Source: Dipteris shenzhenensis (lineage: Eukaryota). Taken from it: DNA of 64,000 nucleotides. This document shows, piece by piece, positions 1 through 12,039 of the stretch. The stretch's first letter is position 1. Each line of letters starts with the position of its first letter. The stretch is taken from the NCBI GenBank assembly GCA_047967505.1, contig CM106538.1. One strand, written 5' to 3'. Under the pieces are notes generated by a model, which saw nothing but the letters and a program-made list of their open reading frames with translations, ran no database searches and was not told the DNA's origin. Made by a program: the position numbers and the translations under genes.

Positions 1-300
1 ATGCATTGAACAAGATTTTGTAAATGCGTGTATGAATGCTTCTTTAAGTGCACATTTACATGCACCTTCAAAGAAGAACTATCTTGGGGAGGAGAGAGAA
101 TTGAACCTTGGAGCAAGAAAGTCCAAAAAGGCCAGGGAAAGGGTTCAAGAAATGTGGAGTGGTAGCATCGAGGACTTAGTAGTGGATATGATGGTTGCTA
201 TGTTAGCAAGAGATGATCCTAGTGGATTTCCTTTTTGAATTGCTAAATTTGTGAAAGTCAAAAAGGAAGGTTCAAACACCAAGTGAATAGAGGTGCATTG
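1..300 (+). pseudogene. Fragment of a C-terminal domain resembling the C-terminus of the Sola/DUF7869-like protein at 23511-24185; cut at 300 by an LTR
   Basis: Reading ORF 32..238 through its stops gives DLVVDMMVAMLARDDPSGFPF*IAKFVKVKKEG..*IEVH, which parallels DIEVDCFVVVRP..DD..KFWVAKVVDV...FTVVWY at 23.76-23.90 kb. Confidence 0.4.
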
Positions 301-647
301 TGTAGGATCTTGTAGGATAGAATAGATGCATCTTGCAAGAGGTGTGAGAGCACAATCATGAAAGCAATATGGTAGATCTCTATTATGATTGTGTGAGAGA
401 GGACTCTCTCTTATAAAAAGGGGGAGAAGGTAATACCTTCCCTACATAGTGCCAATCAGCCCCTACATCAGTGGGAGTCAATCCCTACATCAGTGGGATG
501 GCCTTTGTCTTACATCATCACTTAGGTCACACACTAGACACATCATAGCACTTGATGTGCATTTACAACACACACAAACACACATGTGACTCCCCTAGAT
601 GCACACATGCACCATAGAGCAAGCCCTTGATCATACTTACCCCAACA
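301..647 (-). mobile_element. 3' LTR of a minus-strand Ty1/copia element
   Basis: TG..CA ends (minus strand TGTTGGG...CCTACA). A polypurine tract lies directly adjacent at 648-660 (minus TTGAGAGGGAGTT), and a copia gag lies upstream on the minus strand. Confidence 0.7.
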
Positions 648-937
648 AACTCCCTCTCAAGGGGTTGCCTCTTGTAGTGTCAAGGATACATCTAGTCTCA
701 GTTTCTCATGCCATCTCATGGTGGTCAAGGATTAATCTATAGCTAGGATCTCATGCTACCAAGGGTTCCCAAGGGTGTGAGGTTCACAGAAATGGGATAG
801 TCAAAACACATATCACATGGCCTACATCATATGGTGACCAGAGGTGATTTACATAACACATTATTTTTGGAGTACTACTCCAGGTAGAGAACCTCAAAAT
901 TTGACCAAGTGATGATAAACAAAAAAAGACAAAGTGC

Positions 938-1330
938 CTAAAATTCATTTTCTTCATTTGCTGATGGAGTTCTTTTTTTAGCCAGATTTGCTTTGTTGTT
1001 GAAGTAGTCCTTCTTCATAAGAAATTCTTGATTCTCTTTGTTGTTCTTCATGGAATAACACATTCCCTTTTCCAATTGTAGGCAAAGGAACAAGATATAT
1101 TTGAAGCACTTCCCTTCATCAATGTGGTTAAAGTATGAGCCACTTAATCCCAAAGCTATGATAGCAAGAGCCTTCTTGTCTTTGATCAACCAATTAGCTT
1201 TTTCTTTTGTAGACTTCTTTCCATTCACAACATTCCATATCTTCTTTTTCATAAGCATAAACTCAGCTTTTGTTTGCCAAGTATGAAAACTAGTTCCATT
1301 AAACTTATCAAAAAAGGTCTTAGCTTCCAT
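938..1330 (-). pseudogene. Ty1/copia gag N-terminal fragment; pol is missing
   Basis: MEAKTFFDKFNGTSFHTWQTKAEFMLMKKKIWNVVNG...KDKKALAIIALGLS is a typical copia gag N-terminus. It sits only ~280 bp from the PPT and LTR. Confidence 0.75.
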
Positions 1331-1509
1331 GGCAAGGTCTTACCCGAGGTTAGTGTCTAGTGCCTTACAAGTGAAAATATGAGCAATAAAAAATATTCCT
1401 TCAAAGTACAAGCATTTAGTGTAGCAAAGGCTTGCAACCAAATTCCATACTACAAAACATAATGGAAATGATGCTTTCACTTGCATGCTTCATAAAGGTG
1501 GCTAAATGA

Positions 1510-2208
1510 AAGTATTCCAAGCTTGTCCAAATGGCTATCAAATCTCATGACCGAATCTCCTTCTGCAATATCTTTCTTCTGCCGTAATTTAGTGTCAAAA
1601 CGGGCCTTGCGCCTTTTTTGAGAAGCTTCCAAGTTTTGTAAGGCCTGTAATCTGCATTCATCCAAGGCTTCTAGCTATACCAAGCATTGAGCATAGGCAT
1701 CCTCCTGTCCTTCTATTCTTGCAACAGTAGTGCGAACACTATGTATCTCTAATTCAATGGGCAAAATGGCTTCTATTCCATACACCAGTTCAATCGTATA
1801 AACCCAATAGCTAGCTAGCATATGGTTCTATAAGCCTATAAAACTTCTACCAAGTGCCTATCCCAATGCCTTTTCCAAAGGACACCCAAAGCGTGAACAA
1901 ATTTGATCAAAGAGAAATTTTGCAACTATGCTTGCCTTGCTATTGACTGTGGCCTTAGCCTTTGCCCACCGAGTCACATAATCTGTGGCTACCACTAAAT
2001 CATGCTTACCCTGAGATGATCGAGGGAGTGGTCTCATAAAGTCCAACCCCCACATCTCAAATGGTCGATATGCTGGAATAGGCTTCAAGGGCCCAAGAAT
2101 CAACTGTCGCCTTCCAAACTTTTGACATACTTTACAATTTTGACACCATTTATATACATCCTTATGGAGGCTTGGCCAAAAGTAACCTGCATTAAGAATT
2201 TTCCTAGC
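1510..2208 (-). pseudogene. Duplicated Ty3/gypsy integrase fragment (diverged copy of ~3480-4340 with an internal deletion)
   Basis: AGYFWPSLHKDVYKWCQNCKVCQ, PFEMWGLDF, VVATDYVTRWAKA and MDECRLQALQ match the ORFs at 3319-4497 closely. About 170 bp are missing at ~1875. Confidence 0.85.
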
Positions 2209-2244
2209 ATAGAGGTTGCCTACGAGGAAAAAAAGAGCCCCTTT

Positions 2245-3264
2245 TGTGGCTTGGGAAATAGATAAACCACGTATGCACAATGAGCAGCTGAATAGACAAC
2301 ACTTCTAAGCTTTTTGGAAGAGAAAACACGGAAAAAAAGGGAAGAGACACTTAAGAGAGAGAACCTGAAGTGACCTTCATTATCAATAGAGTGAGACTCC
2401 ACTCTAATGCAACTCAAAATACTACAACCACAAGGGAGAAGAAGAGGTTTCATATGTACAAGAGGGAGCGAAAGCTCCAAGACTACTCGTAGAGAGAGAA
2501 TGAACTAGAGAGAGATGGACTCAAGAGTCTACATAAGAGAATTTCTACAAGAGGGAGAGAAGGTTCATGGAAGAGGCTTAAGGAGACTAGAGCTACAACA
2601 ACATGACACCTTATGGTGGAAGAGATGATGAACAAGGGAGAGGAGGGCTCCTTTTATAGAGAATTTGTCACCCTCCTTCACCCATTTACAATTGTTGCTT
2701 GTAGATTCCTTTCCCCATCAATCACATAAGCCTGTATGTCACCATCCATGTCCTTTTTGGCTTCTCATGCCATGTGTTCCATTAAAAGATGCTCAAGACT
2801 CTTAAAATATTGAGAAAGTCAAGAGTCTCCTACATGGAGCCCATATCGATGCTCTCTTCTCCATATGTCCACATCCTCCTTATTCCACATGGGAATTCTA
2901 GAAGGATTCCTCTTTACTCCACACTCCTCCACATGCCTTTCACATGCTTGGCATGTGGCATCTCTTATAGTATTGGAACACATGGACATGAGCCACCTCT
3001 TTATATGACTCACTCTTCCTATTTTTAAAAAACCCCATAATATCCCATACACAAATAACTCTCACCCCATACCAAGGTATTTATAATTCATACCTATGGT
3101 ATTTACAATGATCCATTCCACTCATCCTCTCAATCCCATACAATATCTTAGAAAATAGAAATAAGTGAGAGCTGCTAGGCTATCACTTGATACTCAAACT
3201 CTTATCAAACATAGAAGAAAACAATACCAATGCCAAATAAGAAATATCAATTTTGGGCATCACA
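2245..3264 (-). mobile_element. Probable 3' LTR of the gypsy element (left boundary approximate)
   Basis: Starts TGTGATG on the minus strand at 3264, right after PPT TTGGGATGGGAAAGA (3265-3279), which follows the integrase stop. TATA-like TATAAAA on the minus strand near 2655. Confidence 0.55.
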
Positions 3265-3318
3265 TCTTTCCCATCCCAATAGATCCTCTCTACTGAGACA
3301 GAGAGGGTGTGCTAGCTC

Positions 3319-6300
3319 TCAAGGTGGTCGAGCATAGAAGAATTTAAGGTGATACTCATTGGTGCATCCGGGTATCACCATGCCATCAACATCCTCAAGC
3401 TGCTGATAGGTTCCATTTATGAACTTCTTTTTGACTTGATATGGTCCCTCCCATTGGCCGATAAACTTTCTATTTAGCCACTTGTCTAGACAGCTATCAA
3501 ATCTCATGACCAAATTTCCTTCTATAATATCTTTCTTCTTTCGTAATTTGGTGTCAAAATGGGCCTTGCGCCTTTTTTGAGAAGCTTCCAAGTCTTGTAA
3601 GGCCTGTAATCTACATTCATCCAAGGCTTCTAGCTATACCAAGTATTGAGCATAGGCATCCTCCTGTCCTTCTATTCTTGCAACAGCAGTGCGAACGCTA
3701 TGTATCTCCAATTCACTGAGCAAAATGGTTTCTATTCCACACACTAGTTGGAATGGTGTAAACCCAATAGCTAGCTTTTGTGTGGTTCTTTAAGCCCATA
3801 AAACTTCTACCAAGTGCCTATCCCAATGCCTTTTCTTGGTGTCTACAAGCTTTCCCATTGAATTGCACAACAATCCATTTGTTTTCTCACCCAAGCCATT
3901 ACATTGGGGATAGTATGGCATGGACATGCTATGATTTATCTTTAGCTTATTCACCACATCTTCAATTATTTCATTTCTAAAAGAGGTTCCTCCATCAATG
4001 AGAATTTCCAAAGGACAACCAAAGCATGAACAAATTTGATCAAAGAGAAATTTTGCAACTATGCTTGCCTTGCTATTGACTGTGGCCTTGGCCTCTGCCC
4101 ACCGAGTCTCATAATTTGTGGCCACCAATAAATAATGCTTGCCCTGAGATGAGCGAGGGAGTGGTCCCACAAAGTCCAACCTCCACATCTCAAATGGTCC
4201 ATATGCTGGAATAGGCTTCAAGGGCCTAGGAATCAAATATCATCTTCCAAACTTTTGGTATACTTTACAACTTTGACACCATTCATATACATCCTTATGG
4301 AGGTGTGGCCAAAAGTAACCTGCATTAAGAATTCTCCTAGCTGTGCTCGCTAAAGCAAAATGACCGGAGCATTCATGACACATTTCTAGGATTCTCCTAG
4401 TCTCCATGGGATGGACCACCTGACGAAGCACCTTGTCTTTTCCCAATTTATAAAGAATTTCATCAACAATAGTATAGGGACAAGCCTTCCTTACCAATCT
4501 CTGCTTCTATTGTGGAGTTATCCCTCAAGGAAATGTGTCTTCTTCTACATATTGCTGAACATCTTGCAGTTCTGGCCATCCAGTGTCTACCAAAGAAACC
4601 ACCCCTCGGTCTTATATTACAATGGCTTGAGTAGCTAGCTCATCTGCCCTTTGATTTTCTTTTCTATTTATATGAACAAACTTGCAAAAATCAAATTGAC
4701 TACATAGTGCCATAGAATTTTGATTAAGCTTCTTCAAATGAGGACTTCCTGTCTTGCAATGCCCTTGCATTTGCTTTATAATAAGCTAAGAATCTCCTCT
4801 TAGTTCCAATTCTTTAACTTGACTTTGAAGACAACCCTCCAAACCAAGAATCAAAGCATTATACTCAATTGCATTATTAGTTGTGATATCTGGAAGCTCT
4901 TGTCCTCTTGCCCACACCTCTTGACCTTCAAAATTCATCAAGACTATCCCCCCGGCTCCTTGTTGGCATGAAGGACTTAAAGCCCCATCAAAATGCAAGA
5001 CAAAAGCTGTTGGTGGTGTCTCCCTTTCATCATTAATGTCCTCCTTATATTTCTTTTCTTCTCTTAGATCTTGCCATCCTGTGAGCAAATTCGCGATAGT
5101 GGACCTAGTGGTATTTTCAGTGACAAAAGAGAAAGAGAACTCTTGAAGCTCTAACAACCATTTTGCAAGTCTCCCCCCAGGATTAGGCTTGCAAACTAGA
5201 TATGCTAATACAGATTGAGAGGTAAGGAAGAAAAATGGCTGAGGTAATAAATAGGAGTGAAACTATATGATTGAAAACACCAAAGAGAGGGCTTGCTGCT
5301 CCATTTCTTCATACCTTGTTTCCACCTCTATAAGCTATCAGCTGGCATAATAGATGGGTTACATTCTACTTGCCTCTCCTTTTTGTAGCAATGTAGCACC
5401 AAACGAATGCAAAGATATACTTGGATTTACATAAAAATCTTAAGACCAATCAGGGGCCTTCAATATTGGGCCCTTACTCATGGCCTCCTTAAGTTGCTGA
5501 AAAGACTCTTGTTGCTCCACACCCCATTGGAAAGAAACTCCTTTTATTATCAACAAGATCATGGGATGCACTGTCTTTGTGAAATCATCACAAAAGCATT
5601 GATAATACTTGCTTTTTCCTATAATTCTGTGAACACCAATGACACTCTCAGGACTTGGCAATGCCATGATTTCTTGAACCTTGTTAGGATCCATTTGCAG
5701 GCCTTCTTCAGACATGATATGCCCCAATAAGACTACTTTTGTTTGAGCCAAATGACACTTGCTAGGATTTAGACACCCTTTTGCTTCATTAATCCTAGCT
5801 AAGGCCATCTTTAACTTCTCCATGTGATCTATGTGCTGAGAATAAATGCAAAAATCATCCAAAATCACCCTAAGTATGAACTTTCCCAAGTAAGGCTCAA
5901 GCACTTGACTCATGAACCTTTGAAATATAGCTGGTGCATTGGTCAAGCCAAAAGGCATCACTCTATAAGCAAAAACTCCCGAAGGTGTGACAAATGATGT
6001 TTTCTTCTGATCTTCCTCGCGAATATGAATTTGAAAGTACCCAAAATACCCATCACATACATACATCTCATGCCCTGCTACTTGGTCTAGTATTTTATCT
6101 TGGAATGGAAAAGGAAAATGATCCCTCTTAGTGTATGCATTCAAAGGACGAAAGTCCACACAAACCCACCACGTATTTCCTTTCTTTGGTGTGACAACTA
6201 CAAGAGATATCAATTATGAATCATCAATAGGAAAGATGAATCCTGCCTCAAGTAGTTGTGTTACCTCTTTCTTTAGTGCCTCAACTTGGATCACCCCAAA

Positions 6301-8296
6301 TCACCTTAAGCGTTGCACAACTAGCTTGCTTTCTGCTTCAACTCAATCTTATGCTCCACAAGAGAGACTAGTCAAACCTGTGAATACCTTGTTGCAAAGA
6401 GACATGGAAAATCATCTAACATATCCAAGTACTAGAGCTTCTCACTACCTTATAGAGAATAACCAAGAAGCTCTTCATTGCATTGGTGTCATTTAGTGTG
6501 CTCCATATCCTCCACATGAAGTGTCTCTACAGGATCTTCTTATGCCACCACCTTGCTCCCTCCTGACTCAAATCCCGATTAGCACCAAGACAAAGACCAA
6601 AGGCCACTCCTTCCACCTCACCCTCTGAGCTGGACTCCTCGGAGCTACACCCTCTCTTCTTCTTCATCGGCTAAGTCAGAGCTCCAACTCTCTGATGTTG
6701 AAGAATCCTCCTTGACAACTTCCTTTTTGTGACTTTTGATGTTGTAGCACACCTTCTTATCATTTCCCTGCTACAAAATCAATTATCCAGTATCCCACTT
6801 TTGAATAGCCTTCACCTTGCATAGCGAAGGCCTTTCCAAAATCAATGGATAGGCACGTGCATCTGGCTTGGTAGGGATCACCTAAAAAGTAGTCGGCGCA
6901 TAAATTCCATATACATTTACTTCTAGATTCTTCACAACTCCCAAGGTCTTAACCCTAGTGTTGTCAGCCAATTTGATGTGATAAGGAGAGGTAGTACTAG
7001 AGTATTTTAAATCAGCATCTATCATGGTCTTCTCACTCATGAAATTAATTGATGCACCTCCATGAATGTACACATTAGAAGTCACGTGACCATAAATATC
7101 ACATCAACCACAGGTACATCATCACCAACATCTATATCTACCTTTTGAACAATAAGAATGGCACTTTTCTTTTTTGACACTCTTATGCTTGCTAGCTTTC
7201 CCCATTCTTTCCATAGTTTTGGAGACAAAGCAAGAAATTGACCAAAGGTGATATAAGCTTCCTTTTCTTTAAGGTTGGACAACAAGTCATAGCTTCCAAT
7301 GCCGTGTCCTAAAGGAAACTCTGACTCGCTAATTCTCCTTCTAGATGCCCTCTTTTTCTTACTACGGTGTTCCTCTTCTTGATGTTCCTCATCTACTTCT
7401 TCCTTGCTTTCTTCTTCTTCTTTTGCTTTACCACGCCCCCGTTTAGCTCATTACCTCTCTTTCCTCATCCCCTGAAGAAGCTTCTAACAAGGATACTTGT
7501 TTTTCTTCTTTCTTTCTCAATCTAGGACACTGAAGGTGACAGTGACCTTTTTCATTACATTCATAGCAAGTGATCCCACTCTTATCTCGAGGCCTATCCT
7601 CACTCTTTGGTGCTCTAGGTTGTCGTGCATTAACCAAATGCAATTTCAAAATAGCAAACTCTGTGATCAATTGGAGATATTATGATCTAACTCAAAGGAC
7701 TTTGGTACCTGAGGAGTGCCCATTACATCCACCTTAGAAGTTGAAGCTATTGAAGACACAAAAGAGGATTCGATCTTTAGAGAAGCTTCTTTCTTGGTTG
7801 CAATGTGAAGTGCCTCCACGTATGTTGTTGGATATTTACTCATTGTTTTTGAGTGAAGACGAGGCTCCAAAGCCATAACAAATTTTCCCATTTTTAAGTG
7901 CTCCATCCCTATGAGACTTTGAGGGGCCGATGATGCAGATGCCATAGCTCACAAAGCTACACTTTCATACTTTGTCAATAAAGTTTCATATCGGATTGCC
8001 AACATAGAGACGATCTCACCCTCTCCTTGATAGAATCGATCCAACTGCAACATCAAAGCATTTGGTGACTCCACTATCCCAAATCTCTGCTTCATTATAG
8101 CTATCACTTGGTCCCAGTCCTCCTTGGTAGAGTCTGGCAAGGCCTCATGCCAACTCAAGGCTAAACCTTCAAGAAAATCAGGCAAAATCTCTGCCCATGG
8201 ACCATCTAGAAATTTGGCATCCTCATACAAAATCCCGAAGATAAGACTTCGGGTCTTCCCCTTGGGTCCCTCAAAACACTGGAATCTTCACCATGA
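3319..8296 (-). pseudogene. Ty3/gypsy gag-pol (gag, zinc knuckle, protease, RT, RNase H, additional archaeal-type RNase H, integrase); Tat/Ogre-like; many stops and frameshifts
   Basis: gag FLEGLALSW; CYECNEKGH zinc knuckle; protease-like YIHGGASINF; RT WWVCVDFRPLN, VMPFGLTNAPA, ILDDF; aRH FVLHFDGA...TNNAIEYNALILGL...LRGDS; integrase GHF..AGYFWP, YYPQCNGL, WEGPYQV (GPY/F motif). Confidence 0.93.
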
Positions 8297-8932
8297 TGAA
8301 ACACAAAATGGAAACACCAAGATCTAAATAATATCCCAAACAAGATCCCACAGAGCCTTAGTATACCAAGACCAACTTATTATGCATAACCACTTGTTGA
8401 AAACCCTCCACAATGTGATCCTCAATAAAATCTTTAAAAATAAGTGACCAACCAACACCACAAAAACATTGTGTGTACATGCATTCAAGAATCACCCTTC
8501 TCACAATTGGAAGTGCACATAAGAGCTTCAAGATATTGTACTCTTCATCATTTGCATAGAAAAAGAAGTTGAAAGCATTGAGAATCACCACTCCACTATT
8601 ATAGTCAGACTACCTAATGACTCAACTCTTCTTCACACCAAGCTGCTGGTGCATGAAACAATCTCCAATCTATCATTGTGCCTATTGTCAATTCACCAAC
8701 ATATTCAAGAGTGCAAACATAAAGGATATGATCATGATGACCGTGCAAATAGCTTGAGAATTACCTTCATAATCTTCTAGTTCTCTTAAATGGGATGCAA
8801 TCTCTTCTAACGGAGTTCTTCCAGGCATCTTCCTTATTACATCAGAAAACACATGCCTATACTAGGAATAACATGCAATCAAGTACACCCAAGACCGTTT
8901 AGTAAGTTGGGATGAATCCAATACCAAACATA

Positions 8933-8948
8933 CCCAGCGTCTCCACCA
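8933..8948 (-). promoter_or_regulatory. Primer-binding site of the gypsy element, probably tRNA-Ala-like
   Basis: Minus strand TGGTGGAGACGCTGGG, 6 bp after an LTR-like end ...GTCACA (plus-strand 8955). Confidence 0.6.
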
Positions 8949-9317
8949 AAAAGATGTGACATGAAGTTGGGGGTAATAAACTTCACCCACCTCTTCACTT
9001 CTTGCTGCTTTTGAACTGAGTGATAGAGATATTCATCACTTGGAAAGGGACATTAAAAAGAAGCTTTTAGCCGACTGGCCAATGTTACTATATAGCAACG
9101 CCTAGGGCTAAAACCCAAAACCTTGTGCGATGCAATCTTTCACAACTCTATTGTGGGAAAAGCAAAAATCTCTCCTTCAACCTTATATTTGATGACCTTG
9201 CTTTCCTCTTGTTGTCTCTGTGCCAACGTGGACTTAGGTAGAACAAAATGTGTGTATAGAGTAGCGGCAAAGCTTCGCTTGTACTTACATAAGGCTAAAA
9301 ATAATCCCTCTTAGAAA

Positions 9318-9800
9318 TGTAACTTGCATGTTCTACATGCAAGTTTTACATACAATTCCTACATGTGATTTCTATATGCAAGTTCTACATGCAAATCCTA
9401 CATGCGAGTTCTACATGCAACTCATACATGCAACTCGTACATGCGAGTTCTACATGCGAGTTATACATTCAACTTTTACATGCGAGTTCTACATGTGAGT
9501 TCTACATGCAACTCCTACATGCGAGTCCTACATGCGAGTGCTACATACAACTCCTAAATGCAACTCCTATATGCAAGTTCTACATGCAACTCCCACATGC
9601 GAGTTCTACATGCAAATCCTACATGTGAGTTCTACATGCAACTCCTACATGCAAGTTCTACATACGAGTTCTACATGCAACTCTTACATGCAACTCCTAC
9701 ATGTGAGTTCTACATACAACTCTACATGCAACTCCTACATGCAACTTCTATATGCAAGTTCTACATGGAAAGAGAGAATGTCTTACAATTCCTACATGTA
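9318..9800. repeat. 13-bp minisatellite (CTACATGCAACTC / CTACATGCGAGTT variants), probably in the U3 of a plus-strand LTR starting TGTAAC at 9318
   Basis: Roughly 35 tandem 13-mers are visible, followed by TATAAATA at ~9823. The overlapping ORFs here are repeat artefacts. Confidence 0.85.
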
Positions 9801-10417
9801 GAGAGAGAAGCTCTCCAACTTGTATAAATACCCCATAATGGAATGAAGCCCACACTCTTTGGGGCATTGTGTTAAGTTCTACTTTGGTATTCTAAGTAAT
9901 TGTCTCAAGTGTCCATGCTTCCTTGCACTCCACGTCCAAAAGCATGTCCTAACATTGCAACTCCTCCTCCCCTCTCCTCCAACCTTGCAACCCATCCTCT
10001 CCCTCTCCTCCCCCCTCCTCCTGCTTCCTTCTTCTCCTCCTCCTCCCTCATCCTCCTCCTCACTATAAGGCATAGGCCCTTTTAAATGTCGCTATATAGC
10101 GACGATTAAAAGAACTAAAAAAAAGGCATTAGTGGGGCTAAATAGGGCCATAGCAAGCCCTATTTTGCCCCACTAATGTTTTTTTTTTTGTAATTACAAA
10201 AAAAAGTTTTTAATGACAAAATTTCCCTTGCAAAAAGGGTGATACAAAATCGCTCAAATGAAATGATCGAGCAACAAAAGCATATACATGTCGAACATAT
10301 ACAACATTGTTTGTTACAAAATTACAATTTCGAAATGGGTGATACAAAATTGCTTAAACGAACGGATATATAAAATGACATACATGGTGAAGTATATGGA
10401 AACTACTACTACTACTA

Positions 10418-11994
10418 CTACTCATTCGAATCGTCCTCGTCAACCTTGTCCTCGTCCGCATCTTGTTGGCCTGATCCTTGGTCCTCATGAGCTGCACCTT
10501 CTCCTTGATCCTCGTCACGTGTGTTTGATCCTTGGCCCTAGTGATCGCTTGCCTCCGGTGATGGGATGCTCGAGCTTTGACCCTAAGAGTGAACTGTATA
10601 AACTGAAAATTAAATTGGAACTTAAAGAATAAAACAATTTAAAAAGTGAGATTACAAGTAGGAGTAGACTTATACCGTGCGAGCAGCCACCTCAGCCCAA
10701 TCAACCATCGCTCCCATTGCCTCTTGCTCAATACACCACAGCTTTGTTCCTATGCGAAATGCGTATCGTGTCTCTGCATCTGTAGGAAGATGACCCATCA
10801 CAGCTTGCTGTGGATCCAATTTATGAGAGTTAGAGTTAGATAAAGTGCATGTAATATGTAGTAAAACAAATAGAATAATACATTAAATGAGAAGAAGTAG
10901 ACTTACCATGGTTGCCTTGAATGCCAACCGTTCGCTTGCACCAAAGTGCGAAGTACCTACGATGTCCAGCCATCTCTTCGCAGCCCTCCTCTAACCCTCG
11001 AACATTTCGGGATGGTCCCTATTCTGCTTCTTGAAGAACTTCCACTCAGCTTTGTTTACCCAGTTGGGTTTAGCCATTCCCTTTGCGATGGAAGTATGCA
11101 AGGTTGATCTACGATGCTTCAAGACCAAACCCATGCGCTCTCACATATAATTCTCATTAAACTCCCAATTTGGCAGGTTAGGGTATTTTTGTTTTAATTC
11201 ATCGATGATCGCCTGCTTCTTTTGGTCATCTTGATACCGCCAATTGGCAGCAATGCTGCTCTTGAAGCGATGGCTCATCAACCACCTCATGGTGGCCATC
11301 ACTGCTTTATCCTTTCTATCTTCTATTACCTCTCCGACAGTCGTGATTTGATAGGAGAGATCCTCTGATGAGTAAGGAGGACTAATGGTAGCAGAGTCAA
11401 AAGGAGTGGAAGCTATGTGAGCGCTTCCGGAGCGAGGAGTGGTAGTGGGAGTAGGAGAGGGCAAGAGACCTGAGTGATACTATGTCTCCGGACCAAGTGG
11501 AGACCTGTAGGATATGAGTGTGCTAACTCATCTACATCTCCCGAGTCAGCACAACATAAGCGACCCCTCCTACGCTTCCTTCCCTTACGAGAGGTACGCG
11601 CAGGTGATGACCCCTCGGTTGAAGGGGCACGAGGGGACGGCTGGGTAGTAGGTCCAGCCGTCGATATAGGGGAGGGAATTGCTGAGGTCCTCTGAGATAG
11701 CAGAGAGAAGAATCTTGTTGCCTCTTCATCGGTCATCTGCACTACAAACTCATTGGGACTCCTGACAAAGCCATGTGCGGCTAGCAAAGGAGTCCCCCGA
11801 GGGGTAGTCATAGTGCTACATCCGAGAGGAGTGGGACCAGGGGTAGTCGCAGTGCTAGGTCCGAGAGGAGTCAGACCATGGGTCATCCCCTCAGGTGTCT
11901 CTTGAGAGGAATCAAAGTCCTCTGGAGCATATAGATCGTGATCTCTCCTCCTGCAAGGCTGTCCATACTCATCAGACATGCGACATGATCCCAT
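10418..11994 (-). pseudogene. TnpA/ORF2-like gene of CACTA copy 1 (three coding exons, disrupted)
   Basis: MGSCRMSDEYGQP...WRYQDDQKKQAIIDELKQKYPN...KPNWVNKAEW...GTSHFG. GT-AG introns are conserved with copy 2. Resembles Ptta/En/Spm-type TnpA. Confidence 0.7.
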
Positions 11995-12039
11995 GTCTAA
12001 CATAGACACAAACACAAAAAAAAAAAACAAAAAACAAAC

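Noticed and set aside
2245-9317. Matched LTR pair for the gypsy element
   Set aside because: The sequence after the PBS (8955 onward) shows no visible similarity to 2245-3264 and no TSD was found, so an intact element cannot be called.
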